Program-made: the position numbers and the translations under genes | Shown here: positions 1 through 7,919 of the stretch, in pieces | How positions within the stretch are numbered: the stretch's first letter is position 1 | Layout: every line of letters starts with the position of its first letter | Notes under the pieces: generated by a model | The model's input: only the letters and a program-made list of their open reading frames with translations | The model's database searches: none | What the model was told of the DNA's origin: nothing | Assembly: GCA_051382335.1 (NCBI GenBank) | Contig: JBBCAX010000198.1 | Coordinates: 1 to 20,416, forward strand | From: Deltaproteobacteria bacterium TL4 | Lineage (GTDB): Bacteria; SAR324; NAC60-12 | Length of the DNA stretch: 20,416 nt | Direction: 5' to 3'

Positions 1-456
1 GGGAGGCCTTACAACCCGATTCCAATTGTTGATCCAAAACTGAAGTATGCACAGGTCATCAAACGTAAAGAAAAGGGGCGTCTGGTGGAGATAGAGACTC
101 GTGTCCTCTTGGGGAAAGAACGAGAGATTCTGGACATTATTCAAGCTCAGGGAAGAGCCAAGACGATTAACACCAGTTATGTGGAAAGCCGCAATGGCAA
201 CTACCGAAAAGATAACAAACGACTCCCTCGACGCACTCAATGCCATTCAAAAAAAATCCATCTTCACGATGCTCAAATTAATTGGATTACCGCCGTTTAT
301 AATTTAGCGACTGAAAATATGGCTCACAGGGAGTGTATCAATCCAGAGGCCGAACTATTTGAAATCAAATACAAGAAGTCTTCTCCTGCTATGATTGAAG
401 GACTTGTTAATCGCATTTATACCATTGAGGAATTGCTTATGTGGAGAATTCCCTAG
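1..456 (+). CDS. IS1-family (InsB-like DDE) transposase, C-terminal part, 5' end outside the window
   Basis: Frame 1 is open from base 1: GRPYNPIPIVDPKLKYAQVIKRKEKGRLVEIETRVLLG...INTSYVESRNGNYRKDNKRLPRRTQCHSKK...YN. This matches the YAQVIK..GRVV / INT..VER.N...R...RL.R.T..FSK pattern of long IS1-family transposases. Confidence 0.8.
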   Translation, partial: GRPYNPIPIVDPKLKYAQVIKRKEKGRLVEIETRVLLGKEREILDIIQAQGRAKTINTSYVESRNGNYRKDNKRLPRRTQCHSKKIHLHDAQINWITAVYNLATENMAHRECINPEAELFEIKYKKSSPAMIEGLVNRIYTIEELLMWRIP

Positions 457-473
457 CTTTTTCGTACAGTACC
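1..473 (+). mobile_element. Right part of an IS1-family insertion sequence; probable right end at about 473
   Basis: The transposase stop at 456 is followed by CTTTTTCGTACAGTACC, whose reverse complement begins GGTACTG, like the GGT-starting termini of IS1-family elements. The left end is not in the window, so the inverted repeat cannot be confirmed. Confidence 0.6.
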
Positions 474-656
474 GAACATTTTGGTTAATTTTAAAAAATA
501 GGAAGAGAATTAAACAAACTTCTTGTATAGAATCCTTTGCTGATTCACCAGGCCTGTTCAAAAAATTCTTAACGCAAGTTAATTTTTTATGAGAAAGCCG
601 TGGGGTATCTCAAGTTACAGCCATTGTTCCGGAGCGGAGAAGGAAGCCCTTTGGGC

Positions 657-1115
657 TTATGAACCATTAGAACGGTCCGGTAGGGTTTTATCGTCTTCTT
701 CTGAAAAGACCAAACCCACCTGTTTAAATCCTGAATTTTTAAAAATCAACATCAATTTGATTAAAAAACCATGGGGAACACGCTTATCCATTTGCAAGTA
801 CACCGGCCTTTTTTTATCGCTTAAACTCATCTGCGGCAAATGGGCTTCGAGTTCAGCAAAGCTCATCTGTTGTTCTGCCAAAGAAATGTTTAAGTCCACA
901 TCAACAGCGACAGGGAGGGGATCGTTTTCAGGTTTCGTTTCTGATTCTTTAAGTTCCCCTTGAGGTAATTCAATCAAGAGCGAGTGAGTCACAAGAGGGG
1001 CTGAAACCATGAAGGCAATCAATAACACCAAAAGGATATCCACAAACGGGGTAATATTGATTTCAGAGACCAAATCTTCTTTAAGTCGATGGGTACTTCT
1101 AAGTCTCTTTTTCAT
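657..1115 (-). CDS. tolR: TolR/ExbD family biopolymer transport protein
   Basis: EINITPFVDILLVLLIAFMVSAPL transmembrane segment with the conserved Asp; C-terminal VYLQMDKRVPHG...GFKQVGLV; overlaps the 3' end of tolQ. Confidence 0.9.
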   Translation of the reverse strand: MKKRLRSTHRLKEDLVSEINITPFVDILLVLLIAFMVSAPLVTHSLLIELPQGELKESETKPENDPLPVAVDVDLNISLAEQQMSFAELEAHLPQMSLSDKKRPVYLQMDKRVPHGFLIKLMLIFKNSGFKQVGLVFSEEDDKTLPDRSNGS

Positions 1116-1791
1116 CGAGAATCATCAATTGGAGTTGTAAGCGTTTCAGTAAGTGTAAAGAACAATACTCCATGGTTTCCAGCATCTCTCGAATCATTGC
1201 CCTGAAGAGGTTGAACCCCACTGACGAAGGAATCGCTGTCAATAGTCCGGCCGCTGTCGCAACAAGGGCTTCTGAGATTCCAGGCGCAATAACCGTTAAT
1301 TCTACTGACTTTAAAGCGGCAATGCTGTGAAAGGTATTGATGATTCCGACAACAGTTCCAAACAACCCTATAAAGGGTGCCACGACAGAAACTGTTGCCA
1401 TTAAGTTCTGTCCATGTCCCATGGTTTTTTCCTCGTGCACGATGATCGACTCAAAGAGACGTTCCAGCATCTCTAACAGTTCGAGTCGAACACGATATCC
1501 GGTTGCAGGATGTTGCTGAAAAAATTCGTGGATTTCTTTTTCTCCAGCAATATACATGTGTTTCAACGCACTGTCAGGAATAGAACCCAGCTTATCTCGA
1601 AAATGACTTAAATCAGGTTCGGATTCCAGGAGTTCGAGAAAGTACCGATTTTCTTTGCGCTTGCGTAACAATTCACGGTATTTGGAAATCCCCACTCCCC
1701 AAATCCAGACAGAAACCATGAATAACACGATTAAAACCGTCAACCCCAAGGGGCCTGCGGTAAAAAACGCCTGAACAAAAGCTGATTCCAT
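1099..1791 (-). CDS. tolQ: TolQ/ExbB/MotA family proton-channel protein
   Basis: APFIGLFGTVVGIINTF and IAPGISEALVATAAGLLTAIP signature helices plus an N-terminal TM helix. Confidence 0.92.
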   Translation of the reverse strand: MESAFVQAFFTAGPLGLTVLIVLFMVSVWIWGVGISKYRELLRKRKENRYFLELLESEPDLSHFRDKLGSIPDSALKHMYIAGEKEIHEFFQQHPATGYRVRLELLEMLERLFESIIVHEEKTMGHGQNLMATVSVVAPFIGLFGTVVGIINTFHSIAALKSVELTVIAPGISEALVATAAGLLTAIPSSVGFNLFRAMIREMLETMEYCSLHLLKRLQLQLMILDEKET

Positions 1792-1796
1792 ATGTG

Positions 1797-2537
1797 CTAT
1801 TCACTTTCTCTGAGCAGGATAGTAAACATCACCCGTCGATTGAGACTCCAGGCGTCTTCTCCCGAGCCAAAAACCGCAGGTTTTTCTTCACCAAAACTTA
1901 GAACTTCCATTAAGCGCTCGGGCTCATTGGCATAAACGCTTAAAAAGTTCAATATCGTCGTTGCCCGACGGTGTCCCAAGACGATATTGTATTCGGGGGT
2001 CCCACGTTCATCAGCATGCCCCTCAATTTGAAGGATCAAATCGCCTCGTTGTTCCAGTGCCGGTATAAGAAAACGCACAGCGTCTATCAGCGTGTCACGA
2101 AATGCTGGTTTCAAGAGGTTTTTATCAAAATCAAAATAGATTTGGGGAATCAGCTTGTCCGTTCGATCATCCCGTACAGAAGGAATATTCAGCGACTGAT
2201 AGTGTTTTAATTGCTGATAGATCTCATCCAACAAGGCTTGACGTTCCTCAATAGGAGGCAATTCGGGCGGTGTGTCGGTAGAAACTTTCGTCTTTCCACT
2301 CAACGAATTCTTCTTCAGTGAGGCCTCATACTGTTCCTCCATTTCTTGAATCATGCGTTCCTGTTCTTCAATAGCCCGAGCATAAGCTTGATCTTGCTCC
2401 TCAGCCGTTTGCGGTTGAGGGACCAGCTTTTTGGATTGCTCCACAGAAGAAGGCTGAGGCTTCAACGCCTTTTCAGCGCTACTACACCCCACACAAAGGA
2501 CAACACAACAAATAACTGCAAATAATTTAGATTTCAT
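1797..2537 (-). CDS. pal: Pal-like OmpA-domain peptidoglycan-associated lipoprotein with a long N-terminal coiled-coil extension
   Basis: Lipobox CVG-C; C-terminal IYFDFDK...IEGHADERGTPEYNIVLGHRRA...SFGEEKPA...AWSLNRRV typical of Pal; about 110 extra Q/E-rich residues before the OmpA domain. Confidence 0.8.
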   Translation of the reverse strand: MKSKLFAVICCVVLCVGCSSAEKALKPQPSSVEQSKKLVPQPQTAEEQDQAYARAIEEQERMIQEMEEQYEASLKKNSLSGKTKVSTDTPPELPPIEERQALLDEIYQQLKHYQSLNIPSVRDDRTDKLIPQIYFDFDKNLLKPAFRDTLIDAVRFLIPALEQRGDLILQIEGHADERGTPEYNIVLGHRRATTILNFLSVYANEPERLMEVLSFGEEKPAVFGSGEDAWSLNRRVMFTILLRESE

Positions 2538-2903
2538 GACTTTGATTCATTATAAAAGGATCGCTAGTATCAAAAAAACAAAAGACAGATTATCACAAGA
2601 GTTTCAAAATATCACATAGTTGCAAGATGAATCTTAATACAATTCTTTTGTTTCCATTGGAGTTTTAATTTATTTTTATGGCCGTGAAAAGAAAAATGGC
2701 TTGTTATTTTTGCCTAATTTACAAAAAATGCCCTCACCTCGGCCGGTCGCTCTCGCTTCATCAGCTATGAGTCCTTAGCTCTAGGATGTCAGATGTCTGC
2801 TTGACAAGCATATAATATCACAGTTTTTTTAAAGCTGATACCTATTTTGCGACAGTGACTGATTGGAGGCGAGATTGAATTCTTTACTCTTTTCACAACA
2901 AAC

Positions 2904-3368
2904 ATGAGTGGTAGCTTTATGTTAAAAAATCAAAACCCGTCTGTTAACAAAAACAAACCGTCCCGCATCAACAAGCGCTTCCTGCAAAGTGGTCTCACCT
3001 TGGGATTACTGGGGGCCTTGGTGTATGGCCTCTTTTTTTGGAACCAAGGGGACGCCGAATATGACTTATCGCTGATAGGAAAGGGAAAAAACGTCGTAGT
3101 CCAAGTCCATGATCCCAATTGCCCCTATTGCCGTAAGCTCAAGCGAGTGGTCAACTCGCTCCAACCTGAATATGAAAACCAAATCCTGTTTTTAACCGCG
3201 GACGTTACAACGGAAGAAGGGCGTTGGTTTGCGGAGTATCATAATGTTGAAATTGTGACGCTCGTTTTTTTCAAACCCGATGGCCGCAAAATCACAACGC
3301 TCCAAGGAGTCCAGGAAGCGGATTATCTGAGAAGGGCCTTCAACCGGGCATTTCAATTACAACGTTAA
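2904..3368 (+). CDS. Membrane-anchored thioredoxin-family protein (CPYC)
   Basis: N-terminal TM (GLTLGLLGALVYGLFFW), DPNCPYC motif, thioredoxin-like C-terminus TLVFFKPDGRKITTLQG. Alternative ATG start at 2919. Confidence 0.85.
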   Translation: MSGSFMLKNQNPSVNKNKPSRINKRFLQSGLTLGLLGALVYGLFFWNQGDAEYDLSLIGKGKNVVVQVHDPNCPYCRKLKRVVNSLQPEYENQILFLTADVTTEEGRWFAEYHNVEIVTLVFFKPDGRKITTLQGVQEADYLRRAFNRAFQLQR

Positions 3369-3396
3369 CTGTTTTCTTGGTAAGGGCAGCGCACGG

Positions 3397-5502
3397 TCAA
3401 AACCCGAATTGTGCCAAGAGGTCATCGACTTCATCCTGTCCTGCGACGCCTTTACCGGATTTGTGCTGGGGACCATACATCTGGACGTTGCTCTCGTCAA
3501 GATGCGTCGCCCTTTCAACGAGGTCTCCGTTTCCGCTAACCGGTTTTCCGATTTGTTCCTTCTCTTCATCACCCAGTCCCAGAGTGGTTCCAAAGGTTTT
3601 AACCAACGAAACCAATCTATTTTCCAGATCATCCACCAGCACTATGATTTTCTTGATCACCTGCCCCGTACGGTCCTGATAATCCTGGGCGGTCATAATG
3701 TCGTAAATTTTTGCGCTGACCTGTTTTTCGCGAGCCTTAACCATCTCAATAATCTGCAGGCTTTCTTCCAACTCCGTGCCTCCGGGTGAAGCTTTTGCGG
3801 CTTCAAGCAACTCTTTGAAACTCTCCATATCCGCAACGGTACTGTCTGACTCAATAACTAATTCTTCTGCCAAATCTAACGTGGTATTTGCCGATTTTTC
3901 TGTCATTTCAATGATATGCTCTAATCGGTGAGTCGCGTCAGGAATCTCTTCAAGAGCCATTTGCTGAAATTGTGAATCCAGTAAATTGGAAAAATCCTTC
4001 AAGCTTTCATGCATTTCACGAGCCATTGTTCCTACTTCTTTGAACAAGTCAACGTTGGCTATTTCAGAAAGCGTTAAGCTATTGTCCGGCCTATTTGGAT
4101 CTTGCCCTTCGATAAGAATTTTAACCGCGGCAAACACATTATTGAGGTGGTGTTTCAGTTCTGCGGTCTCTCTGGGGGTAATCGCGTCTCCCCCCATAAT
4201 ACTCTGAATCACTTCAGCCGAATAATGGATGGAATCCAAATCACCTCGAAGTTGTATTGGAACATCATGCGTTGTGATTTTTGAAACCGTGTTCACAAAG
4301 TTCGATTCAACCTGTTCTGGAAAAACGAGAATGAAAGAAGTCATTTCTCCAGGTGTTGACTCAATTCCAATATCTCCGCCAACGGATTCAATGTCCGCTT
4401 TCAGTTCTGGAAAATGAGCGCCCACTTCTCCATCTTCAACGGAATGCATAGACTCATGAAATAACAAATTCCACACTTCCTGTTCTGACATCGCATTCAG
4501 CGTATTCTCAGGAACAATCGCTTGTTCCAATGCCCTGTTTTTGATGACATCGGATCTTAAGCCTTTGCCATCATCCGCAATGGTGATTAGAAAATTTTCA
4601 CTTTCATTGGTGATATCAACATAGATGCGCCCTACCGATGATTTCTTTCGACGATTAATTGCGGACTCCAAACTGACATCTATCAAAAACTCTGTACATT
4701 GGAATAAAGCTTTTCTCAAGATGGGAAAGAGTGAATAATCACTTACCACACAACCCTCGTTAATCACTAATTCCACCTCTTTTCCATGAACAATCGCCCA
4801 TTGTCCTATCATCACCTTCAATTCCTCCAAAATCGAGGCCATCGACTCCGTATGTTGGGAGATTTCTTTAGTTTTCGCGGTGGAATAGACGTTTTCGCAG
4901 AGCGTAATACATCCATGAAGGTGATCCCGTATCGCCTCCAGGTCTCCAGAATACGTGATTTCCTCAAGTTCTTTCATTTCCCCCAAAAGTCGCTCCGAGT
5001 CCGCGGCAAACTTGTCCAATAAGGCAGGAGGGACAGAAACTTCAGAAGTTGCGGGTGCGGAGGAGGGCATGGCTGCTTGGCGAGGCAATGTGGCGGAGGT
5101 TTCGAACACGGGAAGTTCCTGCGCCGAGGCAAGCATTTGCATTTGCGCAACCAGCGGAGCCCATAAACTTCCCTGAACTTCACTCTCATGCTGTGATGAC
5201 CACTCTAACTGTTCCTGAATCAAAACCACGGCATTAAACAGTTTTTCGAACGCTGGAGAAGAAAGTGTCAGTTTCCCCTCATGTACCCCCTGCAGAAAAC
5301 TGGACATCGTTCTTGTGAGGACGGGGGTCTGTCGCAGAGAGGTCTGTGCCATCTCTGTAAATTGATCCAAATGCGTTGCCAGTTGAGTTACCAAGCCAAC
5401 ATTGTGACGATCCTGTTCAAGAACCACCAATTGCTCATCAATGGTTTTTAATAAAGGTGGCAACTGCCGCATTGCCTCTGTGGATAATGTCCCTCCACTC
5501 AT
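3397..5502 (-). CDS. Fusion of degenerate CheA (HPt-like, dimerisation and HATPase_c domains) with a C-terminal CheZ phosphatase
   Basis: aa ~485-701: LFKEVGTMAREMHESL, IPDATHRLEHIIEMTEKSANTTLD, IMTAQDYQDRTGQVIKKI and C-terminal QDEVDDLLAQFGF, all CheZ hallmarks. aa ~240-395: GKEVELVI...GRIYV...ITIADDGKGL..DVIKNRA...EVWNLLF...IESVGGDIGIESTPGEMTSFILVFP, a CheA P4 pattern. aa ~1-105 is HPt-like. SD-like AAGGGG precedes the ATG. Confidence 0.88.
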   Translation of the reverse strand: MSGGTLSTEAMRQLPPLLKTIDEQLVVLEQDRHNVGLVTQLATHLDQFTEMAQTSLRQTPVLTRTMSSFLQGVHEGKLTLSSPAFEKLFNAVVLIQEQLEWSSQHESEVQGSLWAPLVAQMQMLASAQELPVFETSATLPRQAAMPSSAPATSEVSVPPALLDKFAADSERLLGEMKELEEITYSGDLEAIRDHLHGCITLCENVYSTAKTKEISQHTESMASILEELKVMIGQWAIVHGKEVELVINEGCVVSDYSLFPILRKALFQCTEFLIDVSLESAINRRKKSSVGRIYVDITNESENFLITIADDGKGLRSDVIKNRALEQAIVPENTLNAMSEQEVWNLLFHESMHSVEDGEVGAHFPELKADIESVGGDIGIESTPGEMTSFILVFPEQVESNFVNTVSKITTHDVPIQLRGDLDSIHYSAEVIQSIMGGDAITPRETAELKHHLNNVFAAVKILIEGQDPNRPDNSLTLSEIANVDLFKEVGTMAREMHESLKDFSNLLDSQFQQMALEEIPDATHRLEHIIEMTEKSANTTLDLAEELVIESDSTVADMESFKELLEAAKASPGGTELEESLQIIEMVKAREKQVSAKIYDIMTAQDYQDRTGQVIKKIIVLVDDLENRLVSLVKTFGTTLGLGDEEKEQIGKPVSGNGDLVERATHLDESNVQMYGPQHKSGKGVAGQDEVDDLLAQFGF

Positions 5503-5608
5503 AGAATCCCCTTTTCGTTTTAAAACAGGTTATAATCCGTTGGCCCCCAAGGCGTTTTTACCCTCCTGGAATCTCATAACACCCTTACGCCGAAATTGTA
5601 AAGAGTTA

Positions 5609-5902
5609 TCATTTGCGAATTTCTTCGACAAGGGTTCCCACAATAGGTATTTGAACATAGCCCACATCTTCGGCCCAGAAATAATAGTACCCCAGGATTG
5701 CTCCATTTTCGTCTTTTCCCGTTGTGATTTTACCATCCAGAACTTTCCATGTTTTCACAACTTTCCCTTCTGAAATATAGGAAATCAGAAAATCTTTACC
5801 CAAAAGATTATCAGCGGAGCGGAAAAATCTATTTCTCGATTCCTCAGTACACCCCATCAGTAATAGAGAAAACAATGTGGTTATCAATAAAAAACGTCGC
5901 AT
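5609..5902 (-). CDS. Small hypothetical lipoprotein
   Basis: MRRFLLITTLFSLLLMG-C signal peptide and lipobox; AAGAGG SD upstream; same strand as the CheA-CheZ gene and about 107 bp upstream of it. Confidence 0.8.
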   Translation of the reverse strand: MRRFLLITTLFSLLLMGCTEESRNRFFRSADNLLGKDFLISYISEGKVVKTWKVLDGKITTGKDENGAILGYYYFWAEDVGYVQIPIVGTLVEEIRK

Positions 5903-5925
5903 AGTACCTCTTATATTGTGACACC

Positions 5926-5968
5926 TGCGCCTCTGGGGGGCCCCACAAAGGGAATCCCCAGAGGCGCA
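5926..5968. repeat. Perfect 13-bp GC-rich inverted repeat (stem-loop)
   Basis: TGCGCCTCTGGGG (5926-5938) pairs with CCCCAGAGGCGCA (5956-5968) around a 17-nt loop. Confidence 0.85.
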
Positions 5969-6146
5969 AGCGTTAAATGTGATCTTATCCTCTAAAATAT
6001 AGATTGCTAATTAAAGGATGTTTTGATCTATTCAAAACAGAGTTTCCGTCCTTGTCATTGATTTGCAATGGAGACAGCATCCATGACGAAGGCGGGATTA
6101 TATTTTATATTCTTACAAGTTCAAAGATTTATCGTCAATAAATCAA

Positions 6147-6977
6147 ATGTCATTTATTATCGTTCATATTTCCGATCTGCATTTCAACAGTTATCCCAAA
6201 ACGTGGAAGGAGTGGTCTTCCAAGCGGGCCTTAGGCGCGTTCGGTCTCTTCGTTCGCCGTGCCAGAGAGTATCCGATTCAACGTGCCCAATGTTTGGTGA
6301 GGACACTGCAAGAGCGGCCCTGGGATCACTTGGTCATTACGGGTGATCTCACCTCCTTGGGCTTGGAACGTGAATTTGCTCTGGCTCGGGAAACATTGGC
6401 GCCTTTGCTGACGAATCCTGAAAAAGTCACCATAATCCCGGGAAATCACGATCGCTATGTCCAAGAGGCTTGTAATCCTGACTTATTTCAGCAATATTTT
6501 GGTCTTTTTTTTGATCCTTCCGGTTTTCAAGGAAAGCGGCTCAACGAAAACTGGCATCTCATCGGCTGGGATAGTACTCATCCCAATGATTGGTTGACTG
6601 CGGCAGGTACGGTTAAACGAACAACTTTGCTCCAAACTGAAAAATACATTCAAAGGCATTCTCCGGAATCCAGGTTTATTATCGCCAATCACTATCCTGT
6701 TTGGTTTCCTGAACATCACAAAATTCACCGACGTCATGAGTTACATAATCTTTTTCAAGTCCAGCAATGGCTCATGAAACAGTCTCAAATTCACCTATAC
6801 CTCCACGGACATGTTCATCGTAATTGGAATCGATGTATCCAAGGTTCTAACCAGTCTCTCTTCGTCGTCAACTCAGCCTCTTCAACCTCAACCTGCTTAC
6901 GAAATCAAGTGTCAACGTTTCATCAAATTAAGCTCCAAAAAAAGCATTTGTCTATTGAGCCTTTGTCTTACTCCTGA
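6147..6977 (+). CDS. Calcineurin-like metallophosphoesterase (Icc/CpdA-like)
   Basis: All five motifs are present: HISDLH, TGDL, PGNHD, NHYP, LHGHVH. Confidence 0.92.
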   Translation: MSFIIVHISDLHFNSYPKTWKEWSSKRALGAFGLFVRRAREYPIQRAQCLVRTLQERPWDHLVITGDLTSLGLEREFALARETLAPLLTNPEKVTIIPGNHDRYVQEACNPDLFQQYFGLFFDPSGFQGKRLNENWHLIGWDSTHPNDWLTAAGTVKRTTLLQTEKYIQRHSPESRFIIANHYPVWFPEHHKIHRRHELHNLFQVQQWLMKQSQIHLYLHGHVHRNWNRCIQGSNQSLFVVNSASSTSTCLRNQVSTFHQIKLQKKHLSIEPLSYS

Positions 6978-7076
6978 TCGAGCGAAAGACGGTCGGTCTC
7001 AGTCAAAACACGGGAGAAGAACCTCTTGCGTCAACGCCAAACGGACTCACGAAAAAAAGAAAGAGTCCCCAACCGC

Positions 7077-7655
7077 TTACATTTCCGCGTAAAGGTCAAA
7101 TTTCACAATAAACCTGTCTTGTAATTTGATACTCCCTAACAGAACACTGACAGGCTTGATTTTAAAGTCTGTTTGTTTCAAATCCAGCTCGCCTTTTATG
7201 TGCATCTCACTCCCCTCAACTTCAACATGAGCGGGAATTTTCAATTCTTTCACCGCTCCTCGAACGCACGTTTGAGTGGTCACCTGAACCGCGGGTAAGG
7301 TTCCTGAAATCTGAGAGGATTCCAGGGTAATCTGAGGAAAATTTTTGGCGAAAAGAACATTTTTATCGAGCATGATTTCACAGGTTTTCTTAATATCCCG
7401 ATCAGAAATTTTACTACTAAAATCGTCACCCTCTTCATAGCGCTGCTTCGTCGGATCCACAATTAAGGAAGCGACAGGAATACTCAGACTAAAGGAGGAG
7501 TCACATACATTTTCCGGATTGAACAGGATCTCTCCGTAAATTTCAGAAGTGATGATGACATGATTATGTGCCAGAGGAGACAGCAGGGTTGAATCTTTAT
7601 AAAGTAACAACCGAATTTCGCTTTTTGTTCTATTGATATTGTAACGTTGTTCCAT
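7077..7655 (-). CDS. YceI-family (polyisoprenoid/lipid-binding beta-barrel) protein
   Basis: AHNHVI...IPVASL...VLFAKNFPQITLES...VRGAVKEL...GELDLKQTDFKIKPVS.LLGSIKLQD...KFDL YceI pattern. Start moved to the ATG at 7655 (MEQRY); the ORF-track extension to 7811 runs into a REP-like palindrome. Confidence 0.85.
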   Translation of the reverse strand: MEQRYNINRTKSEIRLLLYKDSTLLSPLAHNHVIITSEIYGEILFNPENVCDSSFSLSIPVASLIVDPTKQRYEEGDDFSSKISDRDIKKTCEIMLDKNVLFAKNFPQITLESSQISGTLPAVQVTTQTCVRGAVKELKIPAHVEVEGSEMHIKGELDLKQTDFKIKPVSVLLGSIKLQDRFIVKFDLYAEM

Positions 7656-7767
7656 GGATTTTCGCTCTCTATTAAAAGGGTTAGGGCCAATCTTTTCTAT
7701 CGTTTCACCGCGAGTCAGTGCCTTCACAATGAACAGGCATTGTATACAATTGGCCTCCATATACTTA

Positions 7768-7854
7768 TCCAGAAAAGTTTTGTCCCGGGAACGCGAGCAT
7801 CTTGCCAGCAAAAGCAGGCGGGACGACTGCGCTCCCAGCAGAAATTTATCTGGA
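7768..7854. repeat. Degenerate REP-like extragenic palindrome
   Basis: CCGGGAACGCGAGCATCTTGCCAGC-AAAA-GCAGGCGGGACGACTGCGCTCCCAG (16 of 25 Watson-Crick pairs) flanked by TCCAGAAAAGTTT / AAATTTATCTGGA. It resembles the widespread CTGGGAGCGCGGGCGTCCCGCCCGC-type REP. Confidence 0.65.
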
Positions 7855-7919
7855 CATCTATAATCAAACCATACCCTGCTTCAAATCAGGGGAACACGGT
7901 AGAAAAGAGGTTAGCCTGT

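Noticed and set aside
561..588. TTAAC-GCAA-GTTAA hairpin flanked by A/T runs as a terminator
   Set aside because: The stem is short and AT-rich; too weak to call.
474..666. Possible tolA/tonB remnant after tolR (ATG overlapping the tolR end, MVHKPKGLPSP...)
   Set aside because: Only 26 codons, with no TM anchor or TonB-like features.
2801..2816. TTGACA and TATAAT next to each other upstream of the thioredoxin gene
   Set aside because: The spacer is only 4 nt, so they cannot form one sigma70 promoter, and neither has a convincing partner at 16-18 nt.
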